A stretch of DNA of 63,001 bases, filler included, from Octopus bimaculoides (lineage: Eukaryota): assembly GCF_001194135.2 (NCBI RefSeq). It is 10 parts of 9 records of this genome, joined end to end, with 100 filler letters (N's around TTAATTAATTAA, not from the genome) between each part and the next. Parts side by side here need not be neighbours in the genome. Positions count along the whole stretch, not along the records: positions 28,821 to 50,293 come from NC_068983.1; 9 more parts are not named here. The stretch is one strand, 5' to 3'. Both the position numbers and the translations under genes were made by a program. Positions 35,094-48,440 of this stretch are shown piece by piece. The notes under the pieces were generated by a model, which searched no databases, had not been told where the DNA came from, and was given only the letters and a program-made list of their open reading frames with translations. How positions within the stretch are numbered: the stretch's first letter is position 1; every line of letters begins with the position of its first letter.

Positions 35094-35444
35094 CGTGTCT
35101 CACATAGCTTCCGTCTCGTCGGGGATCATAAGCTACCACGTTGCTTGTGCTTCCGCTTTTGCTTTCGATCGTCTTCGTGTAATTGCTGTCCGTGTCACAC
35201 CACCATTCACCACAGCATTGCCCAGCCACAGTAACTAACCGCGGGTTCTTACAATGTGTCAAGGAAGGTTTCTTTTCTTCCTGAGGACATAGTGATACAC
35301 AGCCGAAGTTACCATTTTGGCAAGTGCACAAGTGTGAACAGTCTGGGCGCACCTGTTCTCCGTCACTGTACAAAGTCTTCTTTACGACGCGCTTGCCGTT
35401 CCGGTAGAATGAGCTGTGCACTTCGCAGGGTTTGGGGTAACGAG
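35094..35444 (-). CDS. CCN: Internal exon of a CCN-family matricellular protein gene (CTGF/CYR61/NOV/WISP-like), VWC module
   Basis: Acceptor CCTTTACTTCCAG| at 35445 and donor G|GTAAGA at 35093 give a 351-bp phase-1/phase-1 exon. It encodes RYPKPC..YSDGEQVRPDCSHLCTCQNGNFGCVSLCPQEEKKPSLTHCKNPRLVTVAGQCCGEWWCD + linker, with 10 Cys spaced as in the CCN VWC exon. The symbol is family level; orthology to CCN1-6 cannot be assigned. Confidence 0.9.
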
Positions 35445-36479
35445 CTGGAAGTAAAGGTCAGGGATATGTATTAGGGGGGAGCTGTTGTTTTGCTGTTTTA
35501 AATTATATTTTTGTTATATTTTAAAGTTTATTTTCTCGTTTGGGGATCGTAGGGGAGGAAAAACAATATATATANNNNNNNNNNNNNNNNNNNNNNNNNN
35601 NNNNNNNNNNNNNNNNNNNNNNNNNNNNNNNNNNNNNNNNNNNNNNNNNNNNNNNNNNNNNNNNNNNNNNNNNNNNNNNNNNNNNNNNNNNNNNNNNNNN
35701 NNNNNNNNNNNNNNNNNNNNNNNNNNNNNNNNNNNNNNNNNNNNNNNNNNNNNNNNNNNNNNNNNNNNNNNNNNNNNNNNNNNNNNNNNNNNNNNNNNNN
35801 NNNNNNNNNNNNNNNNNNNNNNNNNNNNNNNNNNNNNNNNNNNNNNNNNNNNNNNNNNNNNNNNNNNNNNNNNNNNNNNNNNNNNNNNNNNNNNNNNNNN
35901 NNNNNNNNNNNNNNNNNNNNNNNNNNNNNNNNNNNNNNNNNNNNNNNNNNNNNNNNNNNNNNNNNNNNNNNNNNNNNNNNNNNNNNNNNNNNNNNNNNNN
36001 NNNNNNNNNNNNNNNNNNNNNNNNNNNNNNNNNNNNNNNNNNNNNNNNNNNNNNNNNNNNNNNNNNNNNNNNNNNNNNNNNNNNNNNNNNNNNNNNNNNN
36101 NNNNNNNNNNNNNNNNNNNNNNNNNNNNNNNNNNNNNNNNNNNNNNNNNNNNNNNNNNNNNNNNNNNNNNNNNNNNNNNNNNNNNNNNNNNNNNNNNNNN
36201 NNNNNNNNNNNNNNNNNNNNNNNNNNNNNNNNNNNNNNNNNNNNNNNNNNNNNNNNNNNNNNNNNNNNNNNNNNNNNNNNNNNNNNNNNNNNTATATATA
36301 TATATATATATGTATATATATGTGTGTTTATACGCAAGCGTTGATATAAAATTTATCTATTTATAATGTTATGGACTTTAGTTATATCATGCAACTTTCA
36401 ACATAGTTTTATATAAGTATGTTCTTTGGTCGTGAATAAGGAAAAACAAAAGTATCCACGGAAAGCAATGCATGTTCAT

Positions 36480-36562
36480 ATACAAAATATGTGCCTCCAT
36501 ATTTATGCAAAATATGTAGCTTCTTGTCTATGCAAAACAGATTGCTTCATGATTATGCAAAT
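36480..36562. repeat. Degenerate 25-bp tandem array carrying ATGCAAA motifs
   Basis: ATACAAAA 36480, ATGCAAAA 36505, ATGCAAAA 36530, ATGCAAAT 36555, an exact 25-bp period. Confidence 0.6.
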
Positions 36563-37120
36563 ATTAATAGAGTGTTTTCCCCTCGGGAAAAGCGCAGTGA
36601 TATCTATATTTGATAACAAATTCCTTATGTATTATCACATTTTCAAATCCAATCCTTCATTTACCTTCAGCTCTATACACAATACATATAGATTCACTAT
36701 TTACTTTTATAAATGCCTGAACATGCCAGAACATTCTAACATCCGAAATATGTATCCCAGTATTATCCAGTTATATTTCTGTTCTCAGAAACACAATGGA
36801 AATAATCCTTTCCGCTTCAGAATCTACAAGTTCATAAAAATATTTAGACTTTATAATTGGAAGTTTTATATTTTTATGTAATGTTCAGGTGATGAATTTT
36901 ACTTAATAGTTGTCAAGGACTAGCGTAGTTTTTTTATGAATGCACGCATACATACATTCATAAATACCTAAATACATACATGTATGCATGCCCACACACA
37001 CATATCTATATATTTGTGTATGTGTGTCTGTGTGTCTGTATATATAAGTTAGGTAAAAATAATTTGTAAGCATATATTAAATGTGTTTTCGGATACTGTG
37101 TCTAAGAAATATCTCTTTTC

Positions 37121-37335
37121 CTCTTTTACTTGTTTCAGTCATTTGATTGCGGCCATGCTGGAGCACCGCATTTAGTCGAGTAAATCGTCCCCAGGACTTA
37201 TTCTTAGTAAGCCTAGTATTTCTTCTATCGATCCCTTATGCCGAACCGCTAAGTTACGGGGACGTAAACACACCAGCATCGGTCGTCAAGGGATGTTAGG
37301 GGGACAAACACAGACACACAAACAGATACACACAC

Positions 37336-37412
<77 letters not shown>

Positions 37413-37603
37413 TATACGTACATATATATACTTATATACGACGGGCTTCTTTTCTGTTTTCCATCTACTAAATCCACTCACAAGGCTTTGGTCGGCCCGA
37501 AGCTATAGTAGAAGACACTTGCCCAAGGTGCTACGCAGTGGGACTGAACCCGGAACCATGTGGTTTGTAAGCAAGCTACTTACCCCACAGCTACTCCTGC
37601 ACC
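37121..37603 (-). mobile_element. SINE family A, full length
   Basis: Head (GGTGCAGGAGTAGCTGTGGGGTAAG..GGGTTCAGTCCCAC), central (TA)/(TCTA)n and complete tail. Confidence 0.9.
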
Positions 37604-40389
37604 TATCTCTATATTTTTGAAATAATTCTTTAAAATTCTACTTTATGCATTCGATAAAACCATAGACCAAATTTCAGAACTAGATTTTGAATTCCATGAA
37701 ATCACAATCGTGGATATATTTCGACAAACACTCTGGAATTAGATTCATCTAAAATATAAAAAAATTAAACTTGTCTATAATTTCTTAAAATTTGAAGGGG
37801 CTTCTTTACGGAAAATTATTGTTATGCAATTATTATGGAGCCGAAGAAAACAATTTGAGGAAATTGAATAATGTTAAATTATTATTTTCATATTCTGCTT
37901 GTCTATTCTATTTGTCATTTTATGTTTATATTATACTCCCCTTTTGTCATTTTCGTGTTTCTATGTATACTTTCTGCTGCAAAAGATGGTGCACGCCTTA
38001 GTAAAATTTTGTTTTTGAAGGCAGAATTCATTTCGGTGATTCGTCAATTATATTTTGTCGCCCCTTTATTTTATAATTCTATGTAGTGTATATTGTGTAC
38101 ATTCATATATTTTCTATAACAATGAAATATTTTTAAATTGGTAAATGTATTATTGCTTAAAGCTACCTTCATTTACATGGTTCATGTTTCTACATATGTT
38201 TTTGACACTAGGCCATATTATTTACATGTTTTGATATATTGGGGTTTAGGCCTTGATTCTCATCAGTTAATATCAGTCTCTCACGTTTTATCTCTGCAAT
38301 GTTTTGGTGTTTCGATTTTATTTTCCTTACGTAAAAAAAAAACAAAAAAACATTTGTTTTTGTCCATTCCATTCGTTCATTTAGTTTTAGTCAACCTTTG
38401 CTCATATCATAAAATATAGTTTAGGCCACCGTTGCTACCGTAACCTATTTTCCAGTTTATATCAAGTCATTCCAAATTTCTGTGTATGAATTGTGATATT
38501 AGTAGATCTTGGGTTTTCCATCAAAGCATCAATTCAGTAAACTTGTCAAGCAACACTTTATGATGAAATGACTTGTGTATTTGGGGAACTGAATTCTGCT
38601 GTTCATTATAGTTTTAATATTTCTAGCTGTTTCTTTTATTTCTGTATATTGGACTTTTCCTATTTTTCACGTATCCACAATTAACAGCATAAACGGCTGA
38701 CATTTTAAACTTGTAAATTTCAACGTCTATAAGATAACACAATATATGTCATATTAATTTATGTAATAAATATATGAATTTATATAATAATAATACTATT
38801 AACATTAAAGTCATGTATAATTTTCTATGTATTTCCAACTATCGTCTTTCTCTTCTCTGTAGTTCTAAATCCTGTATACGAAAGACAGAGGATTTCAAAC
38901 CAGTGCTCGTTTGTTTTAAGGTTATTGTTAGAGTAACCGAGGTTGTTGGCAAGGTAGTAGCATAGAGAGTTTTTGCCATCGATATTTTTTATTTGAATTG
39001 ACTTCCTTGATATAGAGAATTAATGTTGGAACTTATCTGTATGTATGTAATGTCTCCAGTATCCAAGCAAGACTTTTGATGTCAAGTTAATTTCAGTTAT
39101 TAATCAATGAGATACATAGCTCATGTTTCCTATTTTCAACTGACTATAATAATAGTTCTGTTTATCAGTAGTTATTCTTTATATCAATATATCATTCGAC
39201 TCCCTTTCTGCTCCCATCAAAGTATATTGTTGCTGAGCAGTATATTGTTGATAGAAAGGATATCGAAAGATATATTGGGTTTGCTTTAGAGATTAAATAT
39301 TGATTTCACGTCTTATGTTGATCTGGCCTCATTAGTATTTCATCGGCTTATTTTAACCAGAATATCACTACTTTATCAATTCACACATACTTTCAGGGGC
39401 TAGCGGTGTTGGTCATGTTTGTAAATTTTATGTTGGTTATGCTGGGTTATGCTTATCGTAATATTCTTTTTCTCAGTTCCCCTTTCTTTTCTTATGCACT
39501 GTAACTGTTAATAGTGTCGCACGCTTCCACTGCGTATGTTTTCTCATTATGCTTGAAAAGGCTATGTTTGAATATCGTACTCCGTAAAGTTTCTTGTTAT
39601 TGCTGTCAAGTAAAATGTCTAATATTTATTTCAATTAACTTGCTTTGTGTATTTACCATCCATTGTTATTTAGATGAAGTTCAGAGTAGGTTGATTTACA
39701 ATAATAGTGTCAAAGTTATTTTTCTATCGACACAACGAAAGGAGACTGGGTAAATAAGATTCTTTAGCACATCGATGTTTAAGTATATTATTTCTTTAGA
39801 AATTGCTTCGTGAAGAGAGCTTGGCTACTTGTTTTTCTGGAAAAGTTTGTTTATTCTTAGCTTGGAAAAATATCTCCTTTATCTAGTTGTGATTGAATTT
39901 ATTATGAACAGTTTTCGTTTTTGTGTATTCTAACATTATATTTTTTCGAATAGTATTGTGATATGTTTTCGATAGATGGACAATATATTTTACTTGTGGA
40001 TTGTATTCAAATGACACTTTACGCTATGATTTGTACGATAAACATTTTGTATTTATTTTTATCAGTGTCATATTTTTTCATTATGATTTATACTTGTCAT
40101 TTGTGGTTGATTTTGTTGTGCTGCTTTAATGTGTTGCCATAGTTTATAATTTATGGGCACTCCTATTGTTTCGTTTTCTTTGTGTAATTTTCAAATGAAA
40201 GTGTGGCTAGAGCGTCGGACAAAATTATCAAGCAGTATGTCTTTCTTTTCTTCGTGTTCCGAATTCAAATTCCGCCGATATCAGTTTTGCTTTCCATTCT
40301 TTCTGGATCGAGAAAAACTCTCCACCTTCTCGAAAAATGCTGGCTACATACCGAAATTGATAATGATCTTTTCTATTATAGATAGGCAC

Positions 40390-40583
40390 AAGGCTTGAAA
40401 CTTGGGAGAAGGGAACTGGTTCACTACATCAACCCCAGTGTTTAATTTTAACATATTTTATTAACCTCGAAAAGACGAAGGGCATTATCGACGTCGGCAG
40501 AATTTCATCTTAAAATGTAAAGACTAATGAAACGCTGCGCAGCAATTTGTCCAACGTGCTGAATATTCTACTCGCACGCCGCC

Positions 40584-40620
<37 letters not shown>

Positions 40621-40930
40621 TATTAATATTAATAATAATAATAATAATAATAATCCTTTTCACTATAATAGTTACTAATTTTATCAATCCCGATAGGCAA
40701 AACAGGCCTCGGCGCAATTTGAACTCAGAACATAGAGACGGACAAAATGCTGTTGAGAATTTTGCAAGGTGTGCTAACAATTCTGCCAGCTCGGAATATG
40801 CTGTGAATTCAAACCTGCCGAGATTAACTTCACTCTCCACCCTTTTTGGGAATCAATTAATATAGTATCAAGTACAGAAGTTCTTATAATTTGACTGTCC
40901 TCTTTTCTCAAAATTTCAGCGTCTGTGACT
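40390..40930. mobile_element. Cluster of degenerate SINE family B copies around a (TAA)n tract
   Basis: Two minus copies (about 40390-40580 and 40650-40795) and one plus fragment (about 40800-40930). Confidence 0.6.
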
Positions 40931-41527
40931 TTAAAAAATCATGATATTACTATTAAAATGCATTTTTATATTGTGTATTGTACGTCTATGTTATTCACTA
41001 ATTTATTTTAATTCAAATGATAATTTTACCTTTGTTTATTAAGCTATTGATCTGTATTGATATACAAAACCAATTAACTGGTGATTTTGAGAAGTAAGTT
41101 CGTCAGAGAAATATTGAGTTTTATATTTTTAGAAACTATGGGATATTTCAAGACAAATCAGTAGCATCTATGTCATTATTGAACCTACTACAAATAGTAG
41201 ACAAATATGTTTTACATCAGAACTGGACATCCTAAATAAACTGAAAGCTACAATGGGCAATGTGATTAAATACGTATTATTTCTGAATAAAAACTCCTAA
41301 GATCAGTGCATTCCGTAGATCATAGGTCCGTTCAGCCAAGATTAAATTTGTTCTAAAAGCAACAACAGCAACTAATTATTATTATTATTATTATTATTAC
41401 AAATTCAGCCGAGATCGACTTTGCCTTTCATCCTCTTAGAGGTAGATAAAATAAGTACCAGTCGTGCAAGATGTAATCGACTTGCTCCCTCCCAATAACT
41501 TGTTGGCTCTTTGCCAAAATTTGAAAC

Positions 41528-41561
<34 letters not shown>

Positions 41562-44211
41562 GTTGTTGTTGTTTTTGCTGTTGTTGTTGTTGTTAGTGGT
41601 GGTTGTGGTGTTATTGTTGCTGTTCTTATTGCTAGAGTGTCGAATACACTGCCTTGTATTTATTCGTGCTCTTTTATACTGTGGTGAAAATGCACAATTT
41701 CGGTTTTCATCCTTCCAAGGTCGCTAAAATAAAGTACTAAAACAGTTAATGAGATAACCAAATTCGCTGGTCTTGTGCCTAAATTACAATCCGATATTAT
41801 TATAATTGTTATTATTGTATTTGCTATTTCTGTTCTTATTGTATTGGCTTATTTTTGGCATGATTTCAGAAACAGTAAATTAATAGACGAAATATCATAA
41901 GTGTTTAGTATAAAACGCAGTGAGGGTTGACTTGCATTTACCCTCTTTCAAAACAATCAATAGTAGAAGTATCAGTCATGCACTGTAGTCAATGGAATCC
42001 ATTACATTATTTCCCTAAAATTTTATGGTATCGTAAAACTTAAGCAAACATTGTTATAATTTTCATTTAGTCTTCGTACGTGCACAGTTTTCTAACTCTA
42101 TTGCTACGGAACATTTAATCTATTATCAAGAGATCTCCTCTGAGTGTCTTAATTACTATTTGGATTTTCAATTTCCCAGCAGGAAATGCAGCGTATCTAC
42201 TCTTTGCTCTGTTGTATATATTTTCCGGAAGCACTCTTCAACAAACTATATTAACCCGTTCAATAGGGGAAACTGATGTATTACGCATATAATCAGATCA
42301 GATCTGATCTATTTTGCTAAGAGCCTTATTTTAATTTGTTAGTTTGAAGGTACCAACATTATTTGGTTGAATACATTACAGAATTTAGTTTCGTATCTCT
42401 ATAGTATGTATTACAGATCAACTGGTGTCAAATTTGCATTTTTCATCTTAGTAAATTCGAAAGAGACAAAAATGCATCAGCAATGTTTCCGATTATGCTC
42501 ACTTGGAAATCATTTATGTTTTTGCTCTTTTCGTTGATATAAGTCATTAATAATTGCTACGTATATGATACATATGGAAAAAATTGATTGTCAACAGGAC
42601 CTAAAATTTATATTACGTCAATAAACCTAAAGAGGGAATTTCTGTGTTACAGATGGAGTTACTTGCAACTTGAGCGCAATCACTTAAACGTCAGTTATAG
42701 GAATGTATAATGTGTTTATCTGCAAATTTAAAATTTTAACCACGTAAGTATCTATAAGTTGTAATCGTTGGACGCTTTTATTGTTACTTTTATTTTTACT
42801 ATTCATCGCTCTGTTGTGTCCATGTCTCGTCTGATGGCTTTCAGATCGGAGATTTCACCTGAACATACGCAAAAGAGATCTTGACCTACAATATCCAAGG
42901 ACTAGCTAGTAGTCTTTAAGTGGACGACATATGGCCTACGCAAATTCAAATTCATTTGCAGCAGTTTTTGTGTCTCAACTTACGCTCATATGACCATGCT
43001 GAACTTTATCTGTAATCATGAATTCGTGAACCAAATAATATAGCGACAACTTTGTCTGTTCTATTTATTAATTATTTAAACTGCGTAGAGGTGCCATTAC
43101 GGTATACATTAGTAAAGTTTCAAATAGTTTCGTGTTTAAGCAGTTCTATTTAGGAATACATACACACAAACACACACATTTTAACATTATACACACACAG
43201 AAGCAGACATTCAAACAAAAGCGCATACTAATTCCGACATACGCACACGACTTCAAATTAGGTTTATCGATGAAGTCTACATTAGTATTTGGCCAGTAAG
43301 GATGAAAGAGAAATTTAATTACAAATGCATGTGGAGCAAACTAAAGTATAGGATTCGGATCGAGGAAATTTAAAAAGTTATTACAAACTGTACACTTAGA
43401 ATTATATTATTCAATGTGTCACTCCATCATTATGATTCTTGAATACGAAATTTTGTCTTTTTCATCTGGTATATATTGACCTGCACAATTGCTTAATATT
43501 TGTTCCATTTTAGCGAGTCGTTTCAGAATGTGTCCATATTTGTTTAACGTAGGAAAGTTTCGTGTCTAAATCTCTACCTAAAATTTTCAATCAGTTATTC
43601 AAGACATTTTGTGCTTTTCTTTTTATTTGTACGACTGTAATCAAATAAGTCCCCTTTTTATTTTGTTTTCGAGTAGCGTGTGGAGAGCTATAAGTATCGG
43701 AGTAAAATTTTGCTTCTTGTATTGGCATTTGAAATGAATGTATACATAAATTTCATAAGTTCGCAGAGAAACAAACTAATACGTTGACCGAATGCAAGGA
43801 TGCATATTGCAAATGAACATTTATAAAATCTGTTATTAATATGCATGACTTCTGAAAATACCGATTTGCTAAGCAACACAAGTAAAAAGTATATACTTGT
43901 GTGCCTGTTTGGTGTGTGTGTGTGTGTAGGTACGTATGTGTGAGTACATCTGCATATATATACGTATGCACAAAACCAATACTATTATAACTTGAAAAAT
44001 ATATAATGTGTAGAATTCATACAATACACATAGATACTTTTACATGAAATAAATACAAACATACATGTATACATAAGAATATAAATGGAATGTACATACA
44101 CGTACACGCGCACACACACACATTCATGACAGACAGCACTTATGCTCCATCATTGCCTTAATCGTGAGTACGATCAGACCATATGTACAAACAAACGTAT
44201 TTACATGACAT

Positions 44212-44262
<51 letters not shown>

Positions 44263-45579
44263 AACCATATAACCATATAAACATGCATGGTACTGTGGAC
44301 AAGAGGGTTTGTAAGGGGAGGATTCACTGAAGGGGGATATAAATAGGAAGGGATTCGATTGAATAAACTCTAAATATGACTGTTACTTCAATGCATATAC
44401 ATAATTATAGAACAATCACGTTGACATGCATACATAAACATCTCTTAGAATTGGTGTTTGGCTGGTTAAGATTTGAACAGCATTGATGTGGTAAATATGT
44501 GATATAAGTGTAAAGTTGCATGTAAAATTGTAATTGTTAAAGCTAATTAGAAAAACTGGTTCTATATTTTATTTTAATAAATGAATATATATAGATAATT
44601 TGGTCTTAATAATATAATACACTAAAATGATTGTATTGTTTACCTGTGGCATTTACAAATTGTTCGTGGTTAGAAAGGCTATACTAAATTATACTTAATA
44701 CTATGTGTATTATTCTACATCACTTGCCTCTTATTTTACTAATTTCACTTATTGGACTGCAGATATTCTGACGCAAGTCATTCGATCACTTTAAAATATA
44801 TTCGTGATGCAGATTCATTTCTTGGAGAGGTGACACATCTACTTTTTCTCTACAGCATTCTTTTACATTTCCCCAATAGCTTTTATATCACTAACATTGT
44901 CGAGTACAATGAACTTTATCTTCCATGTAAAAGTAAGAACAATCATTTAAATTTCATTGCCCTCATTCTGTGTATAGTTTTAAATAAAACTGTTTATATC
45001 ACATGATAACTCTAACTAGACCTGATTTTTACTGCATGAAACATCGCGGAAATAGTAGCACAAATACAGTTTTTCATTAGTTTTCCTGTTTCTTTACTAA
45101 ACAGAATGTAACATTGAAGGAAAACCCCATGCAGTTATTCCCGATATAACAATAGCAAACTGAGTTGCTTCAAATCGATCCATATTTCTATGAAAAAAAG
45201 TAGTGTCAGAATACAGCAACAAGCATTTTTATAACAGTATTATTGATTATCTGCTCTTTCTAGCATACGGTTAGAAATATAAGAATTAGAATATTCTGTC
45301 GACAAAATTTGATGGAATGAAACCGGGTGACATATGCATAGGCGTTGTTACTATAGATGTTTGGACATGAGGGTATGCACATGTTGAGCATACAAGCTCG
45401 TTAGTAAATGTGATTGATAAATCGGTGCATCAAGCATGTGATATTTTGTAAGTTGTATTTTCTCCGTGAGGGACGCGCAGTTTGTCAATTTTGCTGTCAC
45501 ATGTCTTGCCTCGTTGGAAGTCCATTACAATCCAGACGATTGCTGACAATTAGAGTTTATATATATGTATGTATATTAG

Positions 45580-45698
45580 TGGCTGTGTGGTAAGTAGCTT
45601 GCTTACGTACCATCTGGTTCCGGGTCAGTCCCACTGCGTGGCACCTTGGGTAAGTGTCTACTACTGTAGCCTCGGGCCGACCAAAGCCTTGTGAGTGG
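45580..45698 (+). mobile_element. SINE family A head, cut by gap
   Basis: GTGGCTGTGTGGTAAGTAGCTTGCTTAC..GGTTCCGGGTCAGTCCCACTGCGTGGCACCTTGGG. Confidence 0.85.
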
Positions 45699-46289
45699 NN
45701 NNNNNNNNNNNNNNNNNNNNNNNNNNNNNNNNNNNNNNNNNNNNNNNNNNNNNNNNNNNNNNNNNNNNNNNNNNNNNNNNNNNNNNNNNNNNNNNNNNTA
45801 CGATCCCTTTTGATCGACCCCCCCTTTTTTTCCTTCCCCCTCCCAAAACGAAAAGCTCTACATTGTATTTGTCCAATCTTCGTTGAGCCCTGTGTGTCTA
45901 ATAAAAGAAATGTATCTGTCTGACTGTCTATCTGTCTGCCTGTCAGTCTGTCTATCTATCTATACTTTATATATGTGTATATGAGGGAGTTTGTGTGTCT
46001 ATACCTAAAATAATTTCTATCTATATGTAGTTACACAAACGCGCGCACACGCACACGCGCGCGCACCACCCCCACCCACGTAATCACATTTCAAATGATT
46101 TGTATTAAATCGGAAAATTCTATGCTTTCTGAGTTTATATCACGCGGGAGTCGAACTTGTATTTCATGATTTCGATGGCAATAACATAACTACCAGTTGA
46201 GTTTTCGGTCGTGGTAATCGACTTTTGCACCCCTCATATTTACAGTACCTGTGCTAAAATGAGGGAAGATTATTACTATTATTATTATT

Positions 46290-46811
46290 TTATGTTTGAC
46301 TTTTGTTTTGCATTTGTAGAAGTTGGATCCAAGTCTCACCCAGAGACCTCAAGAGACAACAAGTTAGAAGTTCATGTAGGTGTTATGCCTAGGGTACCAT
46401 ATATTTGGATTTGTACAGTTTTGTTCAAGTGAATGTTTAAGAAACCATAAGAAAATTATGTGTTTGCTTTAAAATTTAAGATCACATAGACAGTATTTTA
46501 CGTAGGATATGGGCAGTTCCCATGAGCACTATCTTTTGAACTTCAGCCATTTTGGGGTTTCCTGGTATCTGAGCAAGGTAGTAATCAGCCCGTTTTTGTT
46601 GTCATTCCCAGGGCACCTACGACAATAGGTATTGTTTTCGTCTTCAGATTCCACATTTTGCTAATTTCTATTTCAAGATCTTTATATTTGCTCAGTTTTT
46701 GGTAGGTCTTGACAGATACGTTTATATCGATTGGGACAGTCATATCAATGAGGAGGCATGATTTTTGTCTGAAGTCTTTCAGTATGATGTCTGGCCTATT
46801 TGCGTCTACCT
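46290..46811 (-). mobile_element. R4/Dong-clade retrotransposon 3' end with restriction-like endonuclease domain
   Basis: ANRPDIILKDFRQKSCLLIDMTVPIDINVSVKTYQKLSKYKDLEIEISKMWNLKTKTIPIVVGALG..QKIVLMGTAHILRKILS (PD..D..P..K.KY motif). The 3' UTR ends in (TAA)n and the 5' side runs into a gap. Confidence 0.9.
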
Positions 46812-47734
46812 NNNNNNNNNNNNNNNNNNNNNNNNNNNNNNNNNNNNNNNNNNNNNNNNNNNNNNNNNNNNNNNNNNNNNNNNNNNNNNNNNNNNNNNNN
46901 NNNNNNNNNNNNNNNNNNNNNNNNNNNNNNNNNNNNNNNNNNNNNNNNNNNNNNNNNNNNNNNNNNNNNNNNNNNNNNNNNNNNNNNNNNNNNNNNNNNN
47001 NNNNNNNNNNNNNNNNNNNNNNNNNNNNNNNNNNNNNNNNNNNNNNNNNNNNNNNNNNNNNNNNNNNNNNNNNNNNNNNNNNNNNNNNNNNNNNNNNNNN
47101 NNNNNNNNNNNNNNNNNNNNNNNNNNNNNNNNNNNNNNNNNNNNNNNNNNNNNNNNNNNNNNNNNNNNNNNNNNNNNNNNNNNNNNNNNNNNNNNNNNNN
47201 NNNNNNNNNNNNNNNNNNNNNNNNNNNNNNNNNNNNNNNNNNNNNNNNNNNNNNNNNNNNNNNNNNNNNNNNNNNNNNNNNNNNNNNNNNNNNNNNNNNN
47301 NNNNNNNNNNNNNNNNNNNNNNNNNNNNNNNNNNNNNNNNNNNNNNNNNNNNNNNNNNNNNNNNNNNNNNNNNNNNNNNNNNNNNNNNNNNNNNNNNNNN
47401 NNNNNNNNNNNNNNNNNNNNNNNNNNNNNNNNNNNNNNNNNNNNNNNNNNNNNNNNNNNNNNNNNNNNNNNNNNNNNNNNNNNNNNNNNNNNNNNNNNNN
47501 NNNNNNNNNNNNNNNNNNNNNNNNNNNNNNNNNNNNNNNNNNNNNNNNNNNNNNNNNNNNNNNNNNNNNNNNNNNNNNNNNNNNNNNNNNNNNNNNNNNN
47601 NNNNNNNNNNNNNNNNNNNNNNNNNNNNNNNNNNNNNNNNNNNNNNNNNNNNNNNNNNNNNNNNNNNNNNNNNNNNNNNNNNNNNNNNNNNNNNNNNNNN
47701 NNNNNNNNNNNNNNNNNNNNNNNNNNNNNNNNNN

Positions 47735-47953
47735 TTATTATTGCTATTATTATTATTATTATTATTATTAATATTATTGTTATTATTATTATTATTATTA
47801 ATATTATTGTTATTATTATTATTATTATTATTAATATTATTGTTATTATTATTATTATTGTTATTATTATTATTATTATTATTAATATTATTGTTATTAT
47901 TATTATTATTGTTATTATTATTATTATTATTATTAATATTATTGTTATTATTA
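47735..47953. repeat. (TTA)n microsatellite with higher-order AATATTATTG interruptions
   Basis: Repeated blocks of (TTA)n-ATATTATTG. Confidence 0.95.
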
Positions 47954-48052
47954 TACGATAGCTCACAAATCATTTTGCTGGGTTTGATGTAAAGTGTCAA
48001 GTGTCAGTTACCGGTATTTATTATTATTATTATTATGATTATTATTATTATT

Positions 48053-48416
48053 TTATGTTTGACTTTTGCTGTACAAGTTGGATCCAAGTCTCACCCAGAG
48101 ACCTCAAGAGACAACAAGTTAGAAGTTCATGTAGGTGTTATGCCTAGTGTACCATATATTTGAATTTGTACAGTGTTGTTCTAGAGAATGTTTTAGAAAC
48201 CATAAGAAAATTTTGTGTTTGTTTTAAAATTTGAGATCACATCGACAGTATTTTACGTAGGATATGGGCAGTTCCCATGAGCACTATCTTTTGAACTTCA
48301 GACATTTTGGGGTTTTCTGGTATCTGAGCTAGGTAGTAATCAGCCCGTTTCGCTGTCATTCCCAGGGCACCTATGACAATATTTATTGTTTTCGGCTTCA
48401 GATTCCACATTTTGCT
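48053..48416 (-). mobile_element. 5'-truncated R4/Dong-clade copy embedded in (TAA)n
   Basis: Paralogous to about 46290-46660 (SKMWNLKPKTINIVIGALGMTAKRADYYLAQIPENPKMSEVQKIVLMGTAHILRKILSM + 3' UTR). TAA repeats lie directly on both sides. Confidence 0.9.
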
Positions 48417-48440
48417 ATTATTATTATTATTATTATTATG

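Noticed and set aside
36426-36881. 151-aa ORF
   Set aside because: AT-rich, with F/I/Y/K-biased composition typical of random intronic ORFs. It is antisense within the CCN intron and has no motif.
39500-40100. Possible very old Penelope RT remnant on the minus strand
   Set aside because: Only faint motif echoes (for example CPSIE), too degraded to support a call.
42295-42310. Perfect 16-bp palindrome AGATCAGATCTGATCT
   Set aside because: Built from a repeated GATCA/GATCT pentamer, isolated, with no supporting context.
38365-45320. TEAD-like CATTCC/GGAATG motifs near the CCN exon (CCN genes are YAP/TEAD targets in vertebrates)
   Set aside because: Only a few scattered 6-mers, about what chance gives in this much sequence, with no paired sites.
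46585-48000. 471-aa ORF joining poly-Asn to an endonuclease domain
   Set aside because: An artefact of reading through (TAA)n and a 900-bp N gap into the Dong relic.
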